Shown one piece after another: positions 62,101 to 64,000 of a stretch of 64,000 nt of DNA (position 1 is its first letter; every line of letters starts with the position of its first letter). Source of the DNA: Myxococcales bacterium (GTDB taxonomy: Bacteria; Myxococcota_A; Polyangia; Polyangiales; DASUME01); assembly GCA_047601445.1 (NCBI GenBank), contig JASGJH010000001.1:2176001-2240000 (forward strand). Direction: 5' to 3'. The translations under genes and the position numbers were made by a program. Below the pieces are notes generated by a model. It saw only the letters and a list, made by a program, of their open reading frames with translations. It had not been told where the DNA came from and did not search any database.

Positions 62101-63634
62101 CACCTTCTGCACCACGAACACCGACTGCCCGAACACCGCCAACCGCATCTGTCAGGCGGCGGCGGCGACCTGCGACAGCAACATGAAGCCGCGCGTGCAG
62201 CAGCTGTCCTTCAACACCCCGTACGCGGCGGCCTCGGACTCCATCTGCGGTCGCGTGGCCTACAGCGGCTTCCACGTGTCGAGCGCCAGCAACTTCAACG
62301 GCACCTTCCCCGATGTGTGCGAGGCCGACCACGACCTCACCTCTCAGGAGAAGACCCTGGCCTTCCAGCTCTTCGACCTCGGCACCTGCGTGTCGGTGAA
62401 GGGTGACCCCATCACGCCGCCCGGCTGCATCAAGCTCACGCAGGCCAGCTGCCCGGCCACGGCCTGCGGCCTGATGCCCGACGGCTGCGGCGGCACCGTG
62501 GATTGCGGCGGCTGCGCCGCGGGCTCGTGGTGCAACGGCTCCACCTGCCAGGTCCAGCAGTGCGTGCCCTCGAAGTGCAGCGACTTCGGCTACAACTGCG
62601 GCAGCTACTCGGACGGCTGCGGCGGCTTGATGGATGGCACCGCGGTGGACACCTGCGGCGCCTGCACCGGTAACCAGGTCTGCGGACTCAACACCCCCGG
62701 CGTCTGCGCACCGCGCTGCCCCACCTACAAGACGCAGGCCCAGGCTTGCGGCGCCGCCACCTGCGGTGTCGTGAGCGATGGCTGCGACGGCACCTACACC
62801 TGCGGCACCTGCGGCGCTGGCAGCTCGTGCAGTGCAGGCCAGTGCGTGCCCGGCACCTGCTCCAAGCAGACCCAGGCCAACGCTTGCGGCACCAAGCAGT
62901 GCGGCAAGGTCAGCGACGGCTGCAACGGTAGCTACAGCTGCGGCGACAACGGCGACGGGACCTGCGACAACCCCGACACCTGCGGTGGCGGTGGCGTGGC
63001 CGGTCAGTGCGGACATCCGCAGTGCGTGCCGCTCACGATGGCCCAGGCGTGCGACCCCCTCAAGCCTGCCGGCAACCCCAACGCCACGGTCTGCGGCTGG
63101 GTCAGCGATGGCTGCAGCGGCAAGATCAACTGCGGCGACTGCCCCAACAACGGTGTCTGCGGTGGCGCGGGCCCGAACCTCTGCGGCGCGAGCTGCGATC
63201 CGCTGTCCTGCGGCGAAGCGGGCGCGGAGTGCGGCGACGTCTCCGACGGCTGCAACAGCATCGTCAACTGCGGCGGTTGCCCCGCCGGTCAGGTCTGCGG
63301 TGCGGCTGGCCCCAACCTCTGTGGCCCCGGCCAGAGCTGCGACCCGCTCACCTGCGCCGAGGCCTCGGCCGAGTGCGGCCTGATCGGCAACGGCTGCGGT
63401 CAGACCTTGGATTGCGGTCCCTGCACCGTGCCCGGCGAGAGCTGCGGCGGTGCCGGCGTGCCCAACCAGTGCGACCCCGGCACCGGTGGCTGCACGGCCA
63501 CCACCTGCGAAGCGAAGGGCGTGCAGTGCGGCGCCACCAGCAACGGCTGCGGCGGTCTCCTCGACTGCGGCGGCTGCGCGCTCGACCAAGCCTGCGTGAA
63601 GGGTAAGTGCGAGGACCTGGTCATCCTGCAGTGA
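59162..63634 (+). CDS. Giant Cys-rich lipoprotein (1490 aa) with a central globular region
   Basis: ATG at 59162 after AGGAG; lipobox LVVA-C; about 16 CG-x3-DGC-type repeats flank a central region (LSGTVITP...KIGKWR...DEMECVL...GGRMFASH...SFNTP...FDL). Confidence 0.9.
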   Translation: MRRGPSWFRAAFLCCSLLVVACSGDGGKGGGRIKPDGDDAGDGNDGGGHFDWDTDAGQDASTAGCKKVCDPDDCGEAVADRCGGFLSCSSCTDGKICGVLREDKCDFPQPAQCTPKTAAEVCVGKCGAVADGCSDVILCDGSNGGLTCGASQFCKNEACVDPAGIPPKQPSEVCSGKCGFVSDGVSGVVECTGANGGLTCAADEICQGNACVDRPPEPACLTAADCTGKCGFINDKCGGFIDCDPNHNVCGAGYECKSNACTQIPNVPNPPACQPTQTIQQACANKCGFVNHECGVYDCSSLGGAGNTCSGGKVCTNSTCVTPTVPVCTPDTSSHNKCPAVAGKTACGSVPQYECNANYDCGTCGNGETCGAGGANLCGTTPTCQAPTIATVCNGKCGVLPTGCGNATYDCDAYHGACSGGQTCGGGGKSNVCGTPATTCVPHDCQGSTCGNSTDGCGHQISCWPQGQTQCAAGSTCAVKNGIQQCVTGVETCTGNLCNSACPKDSTVTLSGTVITPGRNGHNKLPVPNAFVYIPADTDTSKLPTIFEGVAAGNAASCGRCADEKLVVDGQSVLAWAKTDYDGKFTLTGRLPKSAIFRIVIKIGKWRGVQEVAANKVTSCTGTFTADAASTTLPATRGGLAGNNLPKIAISTGNVDEMECVLLNMGFDSSEFAVPTDANARIHMYRANGAQMAAAPITCSGTYTANNNTVNCNATVNGTANAGCVNRRTGCTTTSSNQDSNLTSSPTTLNKYDMVVFDCEGYEEQEDTDEPNLETYVNNGGRMFASHFSYIWIEDNGTLKDSAAWHQDGSTGSGTGLLSQPSGNTTRTRAAGADAVAPAVKGFKAIQFAKWMTYQGALTGTAAGNTTIPATPQFSITDPRDRAGATSGAATDEWLYRDVAYCSNGASQLCTQKSDCRVCTTKNNGNLVFCGSDNDCPNNGSCQSTNNAATGNCMTAVCSNKTDRFCSTANDCRVCQNSASTFCTTNTDCPNTANRICQAAAATCDSNMKPRVQQLSFNTPYAAASDSICGRVAYSGFHVSSASNFNGTFPDVCEADHDLTSQEKTLAFQLFDLGTCVSVKGDPITPPGCIKLTQASCPATACGLMPDGCGGTVDCGGCAAGSWCNGSTCQVQQCVPSKCSDFGYNCGSYSDGCGGLMDGTAVDTCGACTGNQVCGLNTPGVCAPRCPTYKTQAQACGAATCGVVSDGCDGTYTCGTCGAGSSCSAGQCVPGTCSKQTQANACGTKQCGKVSDGCNGSYSCGDNGDGTCDNPDTCGGGGVAGQCGHPQCVPLTMAQACDPLKPAGNPNATVCGWVSDGCSGKINCGDCPNNGVCGGAGPNLCGASCDPLSCGEAGAECGDVSDGCNSIVNCGGCPAGQVCGAAGPNLCGPGQSCDPLTCAEASAECGLIGNGCGQTLDCGPCTVPGESCGGAGVPNQCDPGTGGCTATTCEAKGVQCGATSNGCGGLLDCGGCALDQACVKGKCEDLVILQ

Positions 63635-63638
63635 GGAC

Positions 63639-63657
63639 TCGGGGCTTCACCCCGAAA
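63639..63657 (+). terminator. Short hairpin right after the lipoprotein stop
   Basis: TCGGGG-CTTCA-CCCCGA; no U-tract on +. Confidence 0.35.
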
Positions 63658-63753
63658 TAGCTGCAGCGAATCGTTCCAACGCACGTAGAACCAAAGGGCC
63701 CCGGGGAGAAATTACCCGCGGGCCCTGTACGTTTAATCCGAGGAAGTAATTCG

Positions 63754-64000
63754 ATGACGGAGCACAGACCGGCCTGGGACGAGCTCTTTCGTGGCTACCG
63801 CCAGCGGCAGGCGGACAAGGAGCGGGAGGAGCAGCGTAAACAGGAGCTCGCCGCCTGGCATCAGGCCCAGACGCTGCACGTGATGGAGCTGGTGCGGGAG
63901 GTCGCGCTCGAGCGGGCACGCCAGTTCGAGCAACAGACGGGCTCGCGCATCGAGGTGCGCTGGCCCAGCCGTCCGCCCATCAATGTCACGCCGGAGGGGC
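63754..64000 (+). CDS. Hypothetical protein (partial, runs off right edge)
   Basis: GAGGA upstream; MTEHRPAWDELFRGYRQRQ... stays open to the window end. Confidence 0.65.
   Translation, partial: MTEHRPAWDELFRGYRQRQADKEREEQRKQELAAWHQAQTLHVMELVREVALERARQFEQQTGSRIEVRWPSRPPINVTPEG

Noticed and set aside
59063..63589. 1508-aa ORF on the minus strand
   Set aside because: Antisense shadow of the Cys-rich lipoprotein; Ala/Val/Gly-rich with no motifs, produced by high-GC codon bias.
59400..63600. Repeated DNA motifs (e.g. tgcggc...gacggctgc) as a CRISPR-like array
   Set aside because: They are codon-level echoes of protein repeats, without constant repeat/spacer lengths, and no cas genes are present.

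Overview
High-GC chromosomal window, most likely from a myxobacterium (Myxococcota, Polyangiales-like). This is inferred from a RomR-like regulator, a PilB ATPase, an AgmX/PglI-type C-terminal domain, giant Cys-rich lipoproteins and an FHA-GAF-cyclase. It holds about 49 CDS. Housekeeping genes include trmB, accA, rpoZ, CIRCE-groES-groEL, prmC, pyrC-carA, scoAB and an acyl-CoA carboxylase pair. Signalling and envelope modules include a Gld-like ABC operon, two ECF sigma/FecR-type anti-sigma pairs, an octaheme cytochrome c with a small membrane partner, a Ser/Thr kinase, a WYL regulator divergent from a GST, a tandem-GAF histidine kinase, a DUF4175/peptidase/MoxR/DUF58/vWA operon and a 1490-aa Cys-rich lipoprotein. 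I found no tRNA, rRNA, CRISPR array, integrase or transposase. Four apparent +1 frameshifts are probably sequencing errors. The best non-coding leads are: a symmetric two-way PafBC/DriD-type promoter between the WYL and GST genes; a helically phased GATC array upstream of a 75-aa ORF; a structured sRNA candidate at about 25 kb; a 52-bp element present twice upstream of acyl-CoA genes; and a tandem TGAAT-N4-ATTCA operator. All family calls come from motif recognition by eye, not database searches.
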